Below, one piece after another: positions 29,593 through 45,850 of a DNA stretch of 64,000 bases. The notes beneath the pieces are model-generated. The model was not told where the DNA came from. It saw nothing but the letters and a program-made list of their open reading frames with translations, and searched no databases. Within the stretch, counting starts at the first letter, position 1; every line of letters starts with the position of its first letter. Made by a program: the position numbers and the translations under genes. Source of the DNA: the human T2T-CHM13v2.0 reference genome, Homo sapiens; the NCBI RefSeq assembly GCF_009914755.1, contig NC_060933.1; one strand, 5' to 3'.

Positions 29593-32204
29593 TCAACTGA
29601 TTAAAATCTATGAATTTTACGAGAGGAATCCGTTATGTCTGCAAATCTTAGAGAAAGATGTGATATTCTTAACTCACCAAGGCAATTGCCAGAAAAGTGG
29701 CTGAACCTCTATTTGAATTTTGTAAAATAGGATTTTGTTTGAGGAGAATTTAAAACTAAGTTCCAAAAGAGAAATATAAATAGTAGCTGGCTGGATAAAT
29801 AAGGTATTATTAAAACTGTCTAATTTTCCCTGGGAAAATTTAAGAAAATAGGTCTAATTCTATAGAGGATGTTTGTAAATCAACAGTTTAACTCCTATTT
29901 TGGCTTAACATACATTTATCTTAACATCCATATTTTAGATCATATTTTTAAAAATGACTTTCAATCTGTTTAAAACCTCTGTGTACAAAAGTAGGAATAT
30001 TTGACTGGAGATTTAGTAGACAAAATAGGAACTTACATATAAAACCTTATTAGACTCATTTAAAAATCAAATATAAATAAACTTGCCTGAAGCAAATTAT
30101 ACAACTACTTTAAAGCAGAGGTGCCACAATCTCTTTGAACTTTTGGTATTCCTATGAGAAGCTTTGTTTTGAGTCACCGTATGGGAGACTAGAGGAAGCT
30201 GTTTTTAGATACCTCAGAGTAAGATAGCACTGTCTTCATTGTCTGAAAAGATTCATATGGTTCACTCATATGGTTTATCCTTTCAATTATTTATCTTGTT
30301 AATAAGCCTTGAGGGAGCTCCTAAGTCTGCCAAGAACCGGATAGGAGCTGAGAATATAGGGAAATGGAAGATTATTATGGTCCTTGAGGATTCAGCAATT
30401 TTTCTAAAATGTTTTTGTTTTTTTTTTCATCTTTGCTATAGCAGATATCGGTTTTCCTAGAATATGATTATTCCATCAAAAGGATTTTCTCTTCCATTTT
30501 ACTCTGGGAAAAAAAAGTTGGCAGTGGGTTTGTAACACATTCTCCTCTTCTCTGGGCACTTGAGCTCTTACAGACCTCTACTAGACATCTTTGTGAAATG
30601 TCATTGGCAGTTACTGACAAGAAGATAACCAGGGGAGTTCTTATTTAAATATGTTTTTTTCCAAAATATACTTGTTGTGATTAGGGTGTTTATTATGAAT
30701 AACTAGAAATGTGTAATATATAAAATGCAACTGGCTGGAGAGTAGAAGTTGGTAATATACATTCTCTATCTACATAACAAATGGAGTGTAAAAATTAATA
30801 TGCTTCAGACTTAAAGTGTGTCCTCTGAGATGACATTGAACACATACTTTGTAAACTCTTCTTTGTTACTCCTAAACCAAAATATGTTCCAGTAGGAAAA
30901 AGGCCCAGGCATGACCCACTTTTGTTTTATTGAATTAATCAATTGTTGTTTTTCCTACTTGATGTCTACCAGTTTTCTCTATATTTGGAATAATTATCCT
31001 TTTTTAGGTATAAGTGTTGCAAACATCTTCTCCCAATCTGTCCCTTTAAGCATAACTTTAATGTATTTTGATCAACAAAGGTTCTTATCTATAATCAAGT
31101 TAGTCAAATTAATGCACCTTTTATTTTATGTTTAGTATTTTCTTTGTAATCTGATAATCATATATTTTATTCTAAGAGCTTTAAAGTTTTATTTTCTTCT
31201 CCACTGACTTTTTATTTTTGAAATATTTATGTCTATAAAAATATCTCAGAAAGCATTACGGGGACCATCCATATACTCTTGACTTACTTCTAAAATTTAT
31301 ACCAAAGAAGAAACCCCAAAAACACTTTACTTACAAATAAGTTTTGTCATAACTTGTTGACACCTGGTGTGGAACAACTACAAAAATATTTCTTGTCTTC
31401 CATTCACGGACTTTTTTAAAGATTCCAGACTTTCTTCTGTCATGTACCACAAGCCAAGTGCCTCTGATTAAATTTTCTATTAGATCTTATCCAGAGGCAG
31501 GTGTTGTTTCATCATTGGGAATACTCAGCTTTATCATTTGGTGAAGTTGGTGTCTGTTCAGTCTCTACACTGTAATTGTATCTTCCACACTTAAGAAATT
31601 AATAATAAATTTGAAGTAATTATTTTAATTAATAAATAAGCTTGAAGTAATAATTTTAAACTGTATAAATCTTGTGACCAACATTTCATCAAATGGCTTA
31701 GACATTCATCAATGATACTTACCTAAACCAACAATTACACTGGTTTCAACAAGATGATGCTATCTCATTCTATTATTTCTTTGATATTTATTAATTGGCA
31801 ATTTTCTTGAAGGAAGAGTTTTCCCTTCCTCTTTCTCTCCCCACTTTGTGTAACATCACAGCAAACTCATTTATTTTTAAAAAATTAGTATTGCATAATC
31901 CATTAGAACCATCATCCCTTTTGTTAGCCAAAATTGTTCCAAATTTGGCTAGTGGCAGACCTTTGAAATTGGCTTCAGTGTCCTTTTGACATGATACTAT
32001 TAGTCTTGCTTTTTTGGTCACACACCAAGAAAAGGTATATTAGGCTCACTTTGCATTTCTCTTGCCTCAGATTTGGAACAAAACATTTGTTTAACAAACC
32101 TTACTAAAAAGTGGTATTTAGAAACAAATACATTGGATAGGTATATCACCACTTCTAAGCCCTTTAGGTGGGAAGAGCAGGAATTTTGAAAAATATATTA
32201 TTTG

Positions 32205-32700
32205 GGGTGAATTTTTTTAAGAAGGCATCCAATAATCTCTGCCCATTGATATTTATACCTTTGTTTAATCCTTTCCTCTTGAGTATGAGCTTGATTTAGT
32301 AACTCATTTCTAGGAAATAGAGCATGGCAAAGGTGATGCTATGCCACTTCTAAGAGAGCAGGTTATGGAAAGGCCATGGCTTCTGTCTTGGGTGCTCTTT
32401 CTTGCTCTCTTACCCTGCTCACATTGAGGTAAACCAGCTGCCACGTTGTGAATTATTTTATGGAAAGGCCCCCATGTCAAGGAAGGAGGGCAGAACTTCA
32501 GCCAACAACCAGGGAGTAACTGAGAACTTCAGGATAATAGCCTGTGATGAGGCACAAGAGTGAGCTTTGAAGCAGATTCTCTCATAAAGCCTTTAGATGA
32601 GATCGCAGTTCTGGCTGATAGCTCTACCGTAATGTTGGGAGAGGCCTTAAGCCAGAGATATCAAGTGGCACTTGGATTACATGCAGACTATAGAAAAATG
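32205..32700 (+). mobile_element. MLT1-family LTR
   Basis: AGAGCATGGCAAAGGTGATG...CCACTTCTAAGA, CCAGCTGCCACGTTGTGA and GCCTTTAGATGAGA. Confidence 0.7.
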
Positions 32701-33410
32701 TAGTAATTTTTTATACTTTAATACAATAATTAATTCAGGAATTCTGAGTACCCATAAGATAACGGTGACCCCTAAAGTAAAATTTGTTCATATATTCTCA
32801 AAGAAAGAAAAAAGAAAACCCATCATACAGATTAACAAAGAGATAAAATAAAACCATGCATAACCTATGTCTGTAACTAAGAGTCAAGAAATACCACAAA
32901 CGTCAACTTTTATCTAAGTAGAAAAATGAACACTCATTCCAGTAGAACTCACTTCAGAACCCACATTGACATAAAGAGTTGGAAGATGATGCAGCAAAGA
33001 AGTCAGGAAAGCAGAGAGGTTATGCATGATGAAATAAGTAGGCAAATGTTTCAAGAAGGGGAGAATGGGACTCTAGTGACAAAATATTCATATGAGATCA
33101 CTAGCTACTTGTGAATTGAAATAAACAAGCTTGACAGTGCATGGGACTGAAACAGTTCTTGGAGAGGCATGGTATTGAGAGACAACCATTTTTGCAGAAA
33201 GCGGTTGTACTTCTTGGACACTTGTTGGTAAAGCAGGGGATACGATGTGGATGGGGAGCAAAAAGTGAAAGTTAATCATGCTACAGAAATAAAAGACTGT
33301 CAAATAATCAGAAAATGCTATAATCTTTAATTCATGAAAAATAGCATTGTAGATTAAAGAAACTGCAGTTCATTATGCTAAGAAAAGTGAGGGCACAGCA
33401 CACATCTGCA

Positions 33411-34423
33411 GGAGATACAAGAAGCAATTAAAAGGAGTATACTAATAATATTAAATTCTAACACTGTAACCAACCCAATAATCCCATAGATAGTTTTATT
33501 TTATTTATTTTATTTTTTTTTTTTGGAAAAACATAGAAATTGACCTTTCTGGTCTTAAATCTTGAACCTTACATTTGTTTTATCTGAGTTTCTTCCTCAA
33601 AAAATCGACCTTCAGGCCTCTAAAAAAAAAGTGTCAAATAACTGAAACTCACCAGATTGCCACATCCAGACAATGAGATGCCGAACTCCTCATTCATCAT
33701 GACTGCTTCCTTGCCCCTTCTTAGTTCCTGTCTTCTTCCACACTGTTACAGTTCTTCCCTACTATATAAACCCTAAGTTTTAGTCAGTCAGGGAGATGAA
33801 TTTGAGACTAAACTCCCATCTCCTCAGCAGCAGCACCCAATTAAAGCCTTCTCTATTAAAGCCTTCTTTTTTGGTAATACTCATTGTCTCAGTGATTGGC
33901 TTTCCATAAAGTGAGCAGCAGGATGGGAGATACAAGAAGCAATTAAAAGGAGTGTACTAATAACAGTAAATTCTAACACTGAAACTGACTCAATAGTTCC
34001 ATATATAGTTTATTTTTTATTTTTTATTTGGAAAAACATAGAAATTGACCTTCTGGTCTTAAATATTGAATCTTACATTTGTTTTATCTGAGTTTCTTCC
34101 TCAAAAAATTGACCCTCAGGCCTCATAAAACAGTATCAAAGAACTGAAACTCACCAGATCGCCACATCCAGACAATGAGATGCCAGGGTCCTCATTCATC
34201 CTGATTGCTTCCTTGCCCCTTCTTAGTTCCTGTCTTCTTACACACTGTTACAGTTCTTCCATGCTATATAAACCCTGAGTTTTAGTCAGTCAGGGAGATG
34301 AATTTGAGACTGAACTCCTATCTCCTCAACTGTAGCACCCAATTAAAGCCTTCTCGATTAAAGCCTTCTTTCCTGGCAATACTCATTGTCTCAGTGATTG
34401 GCTTTCTGTGCAGTGAGCAGCAG
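33411..34423 (+). repeat. Tandem direct duplication, period 515 bp (flank plus LTR)
   Basis: GGAGATACAAGAAGCAATTAAAAGGAGT occurs at 33411 and 33926 and the copies stay colinear afterwards. Confidence 0.95.
33465..33923 (+). mobile_element. LOR1(b)-like ERV1 LTR, copy 1 (3'-truncated)
   Basis: AAACATAGAAATTGACC, TATCTGAGTT and CTATATAAACCC; stops at GAGCAGCAGGA. Confidence 0.85.
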
Positions 34424-34456
34424 GACCTATACCAAACCCCTGGTTTTTCAGTAACA
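33980..34456 (+). mobile_element. LOR1(b)-like ERV1 LTR, copy 2 (complete)
   Basis: TGAAACTGAC...CAGTAACA; flanked by ACAC/ACAA. Confidence 0.87.
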
Positions 34457-34829
34457 ACAAAACAAGACAGATCTGGAAAAGGCAAAGGACCAAAAATAGG
34501 TGAGTAGATAAAAAGCTGAAAAAAAGATATACAAATGTAGACTTATAATATTTTGAGCTCTAGCCATTTGATAGAAAATATGCCTTTTTTTAAATGCATG
34601 ATGACATTCACAAAAGTCACCTACATATTAGTCACAAAGAAAGAAAATATTAATTGCCATCTAGTAAAAATTTTACAGTTATGCAGACAAAACTATATTT
34701 CATAATATAATCAAGCTAGATATTAAGAAAATTAAAAAATGACTTTTATCCCTGGGAATTTTACACAATTTTTTGATGACAGAAGATACAAATCAAAATA
34801 AGAGAAATATTAACAATATCATCATGAAG

Positions 34830-35445
34830 TTGTAGAAATGAAGAGGATCGCTTTCGCTTTCCCTTCTGAAAGCTTAATAATTTGAGTCTATAAAGCAAAC
34901 TGACAATAGACAGATTAACAGGGACAAAAAGGCATACAAATTTACTAATGTGCATAAACATGGGAGTCATATACAATGTATAAGACTCAAAGAAGGGCCA
35001 GATGGTTGAAGCTTAAATACCCTCTTAATAAGAGGGAGAGAAGAAAGGGGACATAGGCAATTTTAGGGGGTAATAACTGATTTGAAAAGAGATATATGCA
35101 CCTTGGAGACAGGAATTTGCTTGTGAATATGAATAATTCTCTTTGTAAACTGAATAGGACTGGAGGATAAATAGTACCTTTGGACAAAGTTTCTTTGTGC
35201 TCTAGGTATAGTGTTTAATTTTCAGTTTCTTCCTCTCTGATATGAGTTTTAATATTCTCTGGTTAATAAAATTTCATGGAAGTGATTAAAGGCAATTGTG
35301 TTGCTCTTTGGCATATCTGGTTTCTAAAGAACAGCTTTACTCTGTGCTTTGGGAGAGACAGAGGATCAGAAAACCTTGAGGCAGCTTCTTTAGTTCAGTA
35401 TGCCAAAGTGCGATATTTTAGGGTACTGTGTTCCAAGCCCCAATA
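34830..35445 (-). mobile_element. MER34/MER39-family ERV1 LTR
   Basis: The reverse complement starts TATTGGGGCTTGGAACACAGTACCCTAAAATATCGCACTTTGGCATACTGAAC; also contains GACAGATTAACAGG. Confidence 0.75.
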
Positions 35446-35740
35446 ATATATATATGTTATTATATATAATAAATTATATAATTTATTTATCATATAAAAT
35501 ATAATATGAGAAAAGACTATTTACTAAATTAACCAGCTTCAGATATATAAAACACTATACAAATAACTTCAAAGTATATATTATTTTAATGTTCACATAG
35601 TATTTTTATCAGACTAGACAATGTTTTGTCATAAAATGAATCTCAATAAATTGAAAATGATTACAAGGTATATTCTATGATAATGATACATTTTAACTAG
35701 CATTCAATAACAAAAAGATAACTTAAACCATCTCCATTTA

Positions 35741-38391
<2,651 letters not shown>

Positions 38392-38393
38392 TA

Positions 38394-40340
38394 TTTGGAA
38401 ACTAAACAATATAGCTCTGCATTAGCCAAGGATAAAAGAAAAACATACAATGAATATAGAAAATACTTAGAACCAAACATTAATAAAAATACAACATATA
38501 AATTTATGTTGGATGCATCTAAAATAATACTGAAAGAAGTGTATACTCTAGATACATATATCACAAAAGAGAACACATTTAAAATCAATAAACAGTTTTC
38601 AAATCAGAAGAGCAACTTAAAGCTAAAAAATATAAAACAAAAATAAGTAATTAAAATATTACTAGAAATCAATGAAATAAAAAGCTAATAAGTAATAGAA
38701 AAAGTGAACAATAAAAATTTGCTTTTCTAAAAAAAATTAATAAAATTGATAAACGTCTACCAAGACTAAGCACATGAAAGTGGAATTTGACAACAGCAGA
38801 AGTGAAAAAAGAAACACAATTACAGTTCATGCATATATTAGGAGAAAAATAAGTCAACATAATAAACACATTTTTGCCAAAAATTTAATGAATTAGAGAA
38901 AATGTATAAATTCCTTGAAACGCACAACTTTCTCAGACTGAACAAAATGTGATAAAATATCTTAATAGCCTTTTATCTGCTAAAAATTTTAATCACTATT
39001 TTAAAATCTCATGTGCAAAATTTTATTCTCAGATGATTTAAATAATATATTCTGTTAAATGCCTGAGGAAAAAACAAAAGTAACTCTTACATAGAGAGTA
39101 AATGCTTCTTGAATTGTGTTATGATGCAAATATAACACAGATAATGCAACATGAAAAAGATTGAAGAAAGAAAATGTTAAATCAATGTCAGTGATGAAGG
39201 TAGATGCAAAGCTCATAAATCGTAAGTTTTAAAAAATAAATCCAGCAATATATAAAAGAATATAGATTGAATGATTGTGGTCATCTCAGTTTAACCTTAG
39301 AAAAAAAAATTGATATAATTCACAATGTTAAGAGAAAATGTGAAATAAGTTAAATCTTTATGGCATATAGAAGAAAAGATATGAGAACATCTTCATCTTC
39401 CAGGTTCATAGAAGAACCCTGTGTAGGTAACATTTTCTTAGGTAACACGCGCAGAACTGTTTGAAAAAGAAAAAAAAATTGATAAATTGGATTTCATTAA
39501 AATTTAACATTTATCATCAAAATAAACTGTAGAAGGTCAAAGGGGCAAGAAGGAAGTATCTCCTTGTCATCATATCAGTCTTTTATCTTGCTTCATAAAT
39601 CATTACACAAGATTATACATTTGCCAAAATTTACAAAGGTGAACACTTTTGTTTGCGCAACTTTTTGCTATGTAAATTATAATTCATTAAAATGATGTTA
39701 GCACAAAGTAAATTTTAAATATCCTTCATATTCGAAAGAACCTTTAGAAAACATAATGGCAGAGAAAATCTGATTTTTAGTAGTATTGAAAATAGGTAAA
39801 ATTAATTAACCAGTATATGCAAATTCTAGGTTTGGAATATTTTTGAATAAATGGAAATAGTCTTGCTCTTAGATAGGCTGCTTCAATCATTAAGTTTCTG
39901 TTTTATTCTAAGTTAAGTTATAAATTTTAAGTAAGCTCAAGAAATATTGAAATCATTTTTAAGAGGGGTGAGATAGATGACTTACTATTAAGTAGATATA
40001 GAAAAATAAACATTTCAGAATTAGTATAACAACCCTCAGGGGGATAAAAAGACTCATGAGGTGGGATTAGTTCTACTAGATGTTTAATCATAGTAATAAC
40101 CTTCTTTAGTTACAATAGTGTCACACGGGTGCATAAACATATATACTAATAAGCAAAACAGGATAGTAGCTCTAGCAATAGATTTGGGCACATGAAAATA
40201 TTTGTTCCATGATATGAGACACAAGTGAAATCATTGTATAAAAAATGATATAAATAGTATATAGCATTTGAATAGCAAAATCTGCTTGGGGAAATACACA
40301 TGTCAACCCACAGAGTACACTAAAATGAACTCCAAATTAA
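38394..40340 (+). mobile_element. Old degenerate L1M ORF2 (host of Tigger1; also seen at 34460-35740)
   Basis: TAATAAAATTGATAAAC, ATAAATTCCTTGAAA, GTAGATGCAAA and TGATAAATTGGATTTCATTAAAATT. Confidence 0.7.
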
Positions 40341-40347
40341 TATCTAA

Positions 40348-42080
40348 ATTTTATTTATTTATCTATTTTTAACTTTAAGTTTAGGGTACATGTGCACATT
40401 TGTTACATAGGTAAATTGTGTGTCGGGGGGGTTTATATACAGATTATTTCATCACCTAGGTAATAAACATAGGGCCTCATAGGTAGTTTTTTGATCCTCA
40501 TCCTCCTCCTACCCTTCATCCTCAAGTAGGCCTTGGTATCTGTTACTCTCTTGTGTTCACACGTACTTGATGTTAGTTCCCACATGTAAGTGAGAACATG
40601 CAGTATTTGGTTTTCTGTTCTTGTATTAGTTTGCAAAGGATAATGATCTCTAGCTCCATACACATTGATGCAAAGGACATGATTTCATTCTTTTTATGGC
40701 TGCATAATAGTCCATGGTGTATATGTACCACATTTTGATTGGCATTTGGTTGACGGGCATTTGGGTTGATTCCATATATTTGCTATTGTGAATATTGCCG
40801 CAATGAACATATACATGCACACATCTTTATGGTAGAATAATTTATATTCCTTTGGGATTGCTGGGTCAAATGGTAATTCTATTTTAAATTCTTGCAGAAA
40901 GCGTTAAACTACTTTCCACAATGGTTGAACTAATTTACACTCCCACCAACAGTATATAAGCATTCCCTTTTCTCCACAACCACACTAGCATTTGTTGTTT
41001 TTTGACTTTTTAGTAATAGCCATTCTGACCGGTGTGACATAATATCGCATTGTGGTTTTGATTTGCATTTCTCTGATGATTTGTGATATTAAGCATTTTT
41101 ATATGCTTGTTGGCCATGTGTTTGTCTTCTTTTGAAAAGTGTCTGTTATTGTTCTTTGCCTAATTTTTAATGAGATGGTTTGTTTTTGCTTATAAATTTG
41201 TTTAGTTTTTTTAATAGATTCTGGATATTAAATCTTATAGATTCTGGATATTAGACCTTCATCAGATGCATAATTTGTTCTCTCATTCTATAGGTTGACA
41301 GTCTACTCTGTTGATAATTCCTTTTTCCATGCAGTAGCTCTTTCATTTAGTTAGGTCCTACTTATCAATTTTTGGTTTTGTTGCAATTGCTTTTGGTCAC
41401 TTTGTCATGAAATCTTTGCCTGTTCCTATGTCCAAAATGGTATTTCCTAGGTTATCTTCTAGAATTTTGTAGTTTTCAGTTTTATATTTAAGTCTTTAAT
41501 CCACCTTGAGTTGATTTTTGTATATGGTGAAAGGAAGGGGTCTAGTTTCAATCTTTTGCATATGGCTAGCCAGTTATTCCAGCACCATTTATTGAATAGA
41601 GAGTGCTTTTCCTATTGCTTATTTTTGTTGACTTAATAAATGTTTAGATGCCTGTAGGTATATGACATTATTTCTGGGTTCTCTATTCTGTTCCATTGGT
41701 TTATATGTCTGTTTTTGTACCAGTACCATGCTGTTTTGGTTGTTGTGGCCCTATAGTATGGTTTGAAATCAGGTAATGTGATGCTTCTAGTTTTGTTCCT
41801 TTTGCTTAGAATTGCTTTGGCTATTTGAGCTCTTTTATTGTTCCTTATGAATTTTAAATAGTTTTTTTCTAATTCTGTGAAGAATGTCATTGGTAGTTTG
41901 GTAGGAATAGTATTGAATCTGTAAATTGCTTTGAGTAGTAGGCAATTTTAACAATATTGATTCTTCATACCAATGAGCATGGAATGTTTTTCCATTTGTT
42001 TGTGTCATCTCTGATTTCTTTGGTCAGTGTTTCATAATTCTCCTTCCAGAGATCTTTTAGCTCCCCAGTTAGCTGTATTT
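40348..42080 (-). mobile_element. 5'-truncated primate L1 (L1PB/old L1PA), ORF2 3' part plus 3' UTR
   Basis: T-rich tail at the left; ORF 41633-41890 gives FFTELEK...AKAILSK...LPDFK.YYRA...[21 protein letters not shown]. Confidence 0.92.
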
Positions 42081-42169
42081 TTTATTTGTGTATATTGAAC
42101 CACAAAAATTGGACTAATTCCACAAACATTTTTAAGAGTCACAAAAATTGGTAAAAAATTAGATAATTG

Positions 42170-43180
42170 AAAAAACACTCAAGAATATATACATACACAT
42201 ATATTTTTTTCAATTGCACATGGTATGTACTGAGCCACAGTAATAAGGAAAATAATGTTAAAACTTCCTTTTTTGAAAATGCCTGTCTCATTGATCAAAT
42301 TTCAGTAAGTTTACAATAATTGAAATTATACAGAATGTGTTGTCTAATGACAACCCAATTAAGTTGAAACTGATACCATAACCCATCAAAGAAACCCCAA
42401 ATACTTAGAAATTATTATAACACCATTTTAAGTAGGACAAGAAGAAATCACAATGAAATTAGACAATATTTTCAGTGGAATGATAAGACTATGAAACAAA
42501 ACAAAATTTGTGGGATACAGCTAAAACTGTTCTTAGAAAGATATTTGTAACTTTAAATACTTACATTAAAACAGAAGAAAAAATGAATATAAGTGACCTG
42601 AGATTTCATGTCAAAAAGCTAGCTAAAAATAAAGTAAACCAACTGTAAGTAGAAGAAAGAAAACATTCAGATTAGAAAAATATGAGTAAAAAAGTGAATG
42701 GAGTCAAATAATGGAGAAAATTCACAAAGCCAAAAAGTGGTTTTTTAAAAAGATGTTTTTAGAATGGATAAACCTTTGCTAAACAGACCAAGAAAAGAAA
42801 GAGAACACAGTTTATGAATATTAGGAAAGAAAGAAGGTTAATAACTACTCATACTGCAAACATTAAAATGTTAATAAGAGAATATCATAGACAATTTTAT
42901 ATCTGCGTATCTGAGAATTTAGAGCAAAGGAAATTCCTTCAAAGACACAAACTACAAAACTTTAAAAGAAATAGATAACCTGAATTGCCCTATAGCTATT
43001 AAATGTGTTTGATTTATAATTAAAAATTTCCTGAATTAAAGAGAATTCTAGAGCTGGTGAATTTTACTAGATATTTAAAAGAGAAATAACAGAAATACTA
43101 TGCAAAGTATTTTTGAAAACAGATGAGGAGAAAACATTTCCCTACTCAATTTGTGAGGTTAGCATTGTACCAATACTGTT
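42170..43180 (+). mobile_element. Old L1M ORF2 fragment
   Basis: AAAATTTGTGGGATACAGCTAAA and AGAAATAGATAACCTGAAT. Confidence 0.75.
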
Positions 43181-44914
43181 TATGCTAATGCAGTTTATTG
43201 TATAAAATTATACTTCAATAAAATTGATACAAAAAGTATAATTAGAATATATATTAATACACACTTTATATAAATATTTATATACTAAAAATTCATCTAG
43301 CCCAAGGGGAAAAAAAATGTGGCTCTCAACCATTCCTTGCACCGATATTCTCCTCTTCTCACATCCAACATCACAAACCCAACAAGGCATCTATCATTAT
43401 TTCTTGTGAAGTCTAAATTTTTTCATGGAACTTATATAATTGAACCTCCAACATGGTGGATGCTACATTCAGGTGACAGCTTCCTTGAAATGATTTTTAA
43501 ATTCTGGCTTGGACTCAGAAGTTTCTAAAATTAAAGGATTCTTTCTGGTAAAAATGTTGTACTTTGTGTGCAAATATATCACTTGTTAGTACTTTAAAAT
43601 ATTATCATGTGTCCATGTGAGTTATTATTTTAGACTTTTTAGAAATAAAACACAAAAGGTATGTTTTTATTGTCAATGGTTTAGAAAGAGCTCCTTGGAT
43701 GAGGGCAAGACAGGATGCCCTTCTTCAGACATTCCAGACAGACATTTAGTCACTTACCCCATCAGCACTGGCATCACTTAGGGGCAGAAGCTCAGGTCTC
43801 AGTCCTGACCTAATGAATAAAAATCCAATTTTAAGAAAATATCCAGGTAAGTAATGTACAATAATTTTGAAAAGCACAGATTTAGTTCACCAGGATAGAA
43901 AGAAAATGACAGAAAGGAGAAAACCTAACTTCTGAGTGTTCTTAGTTGCCAAGGCCTGTTATTTACCTTTCACATTGAGTCTCCTCTCTACTTCAGTTCT
44001 TCTTTACAAGACAGCCTGTACTCATTCTTGCCAGAAATCTTGCAATACTTTCTTAACTGTTCATGTTTTTCCGTCTTTTCCAACTCTTGGATTTAAAAAT
44101 CAACCAATTTTAACTTAGCCTGACTAGGAATGGAGAATGTGTAAAGGGGAGTTGTATTTGATTTACTTTAAAAAAATTTAGAGGCTTGGAATGTGTCAAT
44201 TATTGTTAAGTGAAAAATAAAAATTAATGGATCAAGAAGAGACCTAATATTTCTGAATGCTATAAATGACATGTATCTGTGATAAACATAAATAGTGTTA
44301 TTTCAGGGATGAAGTATAGAAATGAAGGAAAATTATAGCAGCTGTAGGAAGGATCAATGAAATCCAAGTTATAAAAATACAAATAATGAGATAGGCCTTT
44401 TAGTAAAAAGGAAATCTCAGGAAAAATATATAAAAAAGAAAAGAAAATGTTAATAATATCCAAAGGGGTTTACAAAGCAATAAATAAGGATTATGTGTAT
44501 ACTAATTAATGAGAAGATAATGAAATCCACTAAGACTTTGAAATGACTAAGATATTGACCTGCTTTCTAAAATCATCTTTAACAACAAGCAAAAACAAAC
44601 AAACAAACAAAAGACAAGGTAGGAAGTTGAAGCTGAAGCAATTAGCATGTAATAAAGATCTTGTTAAACACATGGAGGAGAGGGTCGTTTTAAAAATCCA
44701 GCGTTTTGCTTTTCTACCATACAATTTAGAATGTTTAGGAATAAAAACATATATATTGACTTTGTGCCACAATTTTAAGACAGAATAGGGAGACATAATC
44801 TATTCAGTGAGGTTGCTTCCCAATGACGAACGCTGCTTTGTTTATTTTCATAGGTAACTTGAGGCTATAAAAGAGAAAAGCTATGAGCAAACAAGCCTCT
44901 GTTTTCTTAAAAGG

Positions 44915-45850
44915 AGAGCACTAGTCATCTCAACTCTTAGTAAAATACGAAGACAAATCCTAAGATAAATATTGGAAGACATCTAGAGGATAAATGAATT
45001 ATGAAAAGCAAGCAGTAGGATTTTACAAAGAAAAAAATCATGCCAGGCAAATTTAATTGCTTTTTTTTCCTTGTGGATCAAGTTATGAGATTAATAGATG
45101 AAAGCAGCAATAGATGTGGTATATCTTGATTTCAGCAAAGCAAAAGGATAGCATGTCTTATAAAATTTTACTCAAAGTGTAAGTTTAAATTAGCTTGGAT
45201 ACGAACACTTTCTCATAGACTAAAAATTGGTTGAAGTATCAAATAAAAGGGCTCAAAATAAATGGCAATTATTCTAGAAGGGAGGGGGTATCTAGAGGAC
45301 CACTACAAGCGCTAGTGGTAGGTCCAGTTCTTTTAAACAGTCTTATTAACGACGGCATTGAGGAAGTAAACAGCATGCTAATTAGATTCACAGACCTTGC
45401 TAAGTTGGGAAATATTGCATACATACCCAGGTGGAGAAGCAATAATAAGCCCTGGGGAGGTTTAATATATGGTCGAAACCTCATTTTGATTCATCCAAAT
45501 TGAAAATTCACTGAGGAAAATATTGTAGGCCACATATGATCTCAAGAGAAAGATGCCCCCCAAAAGGGTAGTACGAATTGATACTTATTTAAGAAGCGAC
45601 CAAATTTCAGAGGCCTTGTCATTTTAGCATAGGTATCACAAACCCCAGCTGGTTTGAAAATGCATTACCTAAATGGCTATGCTTAAAATAATGTTTAGTA
45701 TGAATACAGAGATTTGTTTTAGGCACCTCATTTCTAGGAAAAGGTTAATGAAAAATAAAGGTGTTTGAGAAAACAATAACAAAGATATTGATAAAGGCTT
45801 AGGCATGAAAAGCCCCATTAGGATGGTTTATTTAACATGATGTGTCTATT
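44915..45850 (+). mobile_element. Ancient CR1/L3-clade LINE ORF2 reverse-transcriptase relic
   Basis: Ordered RT motifs: HLEDK, SCQANLIAFF, AIDVVYLDFSKA, KNWL, INGNYS..GVSRGPLQALVVGPVLLNSLIND..SMLIRFTDLAKLG, and later APHF..IKGL. Confidence 0.88.

Noticed and set aside
33465-34456. Provirus with paired LTRs
   Set aside because: The spacer is duplicated host flank, with no PBS or internal sequence.
45231-45503. Active reverse transcriptase or retron-like system
   Set aside because: The catalytic (F/Y)ADD has decayed to FTDL, there is no ATG at the ORF start, and the flanking frames are broken.
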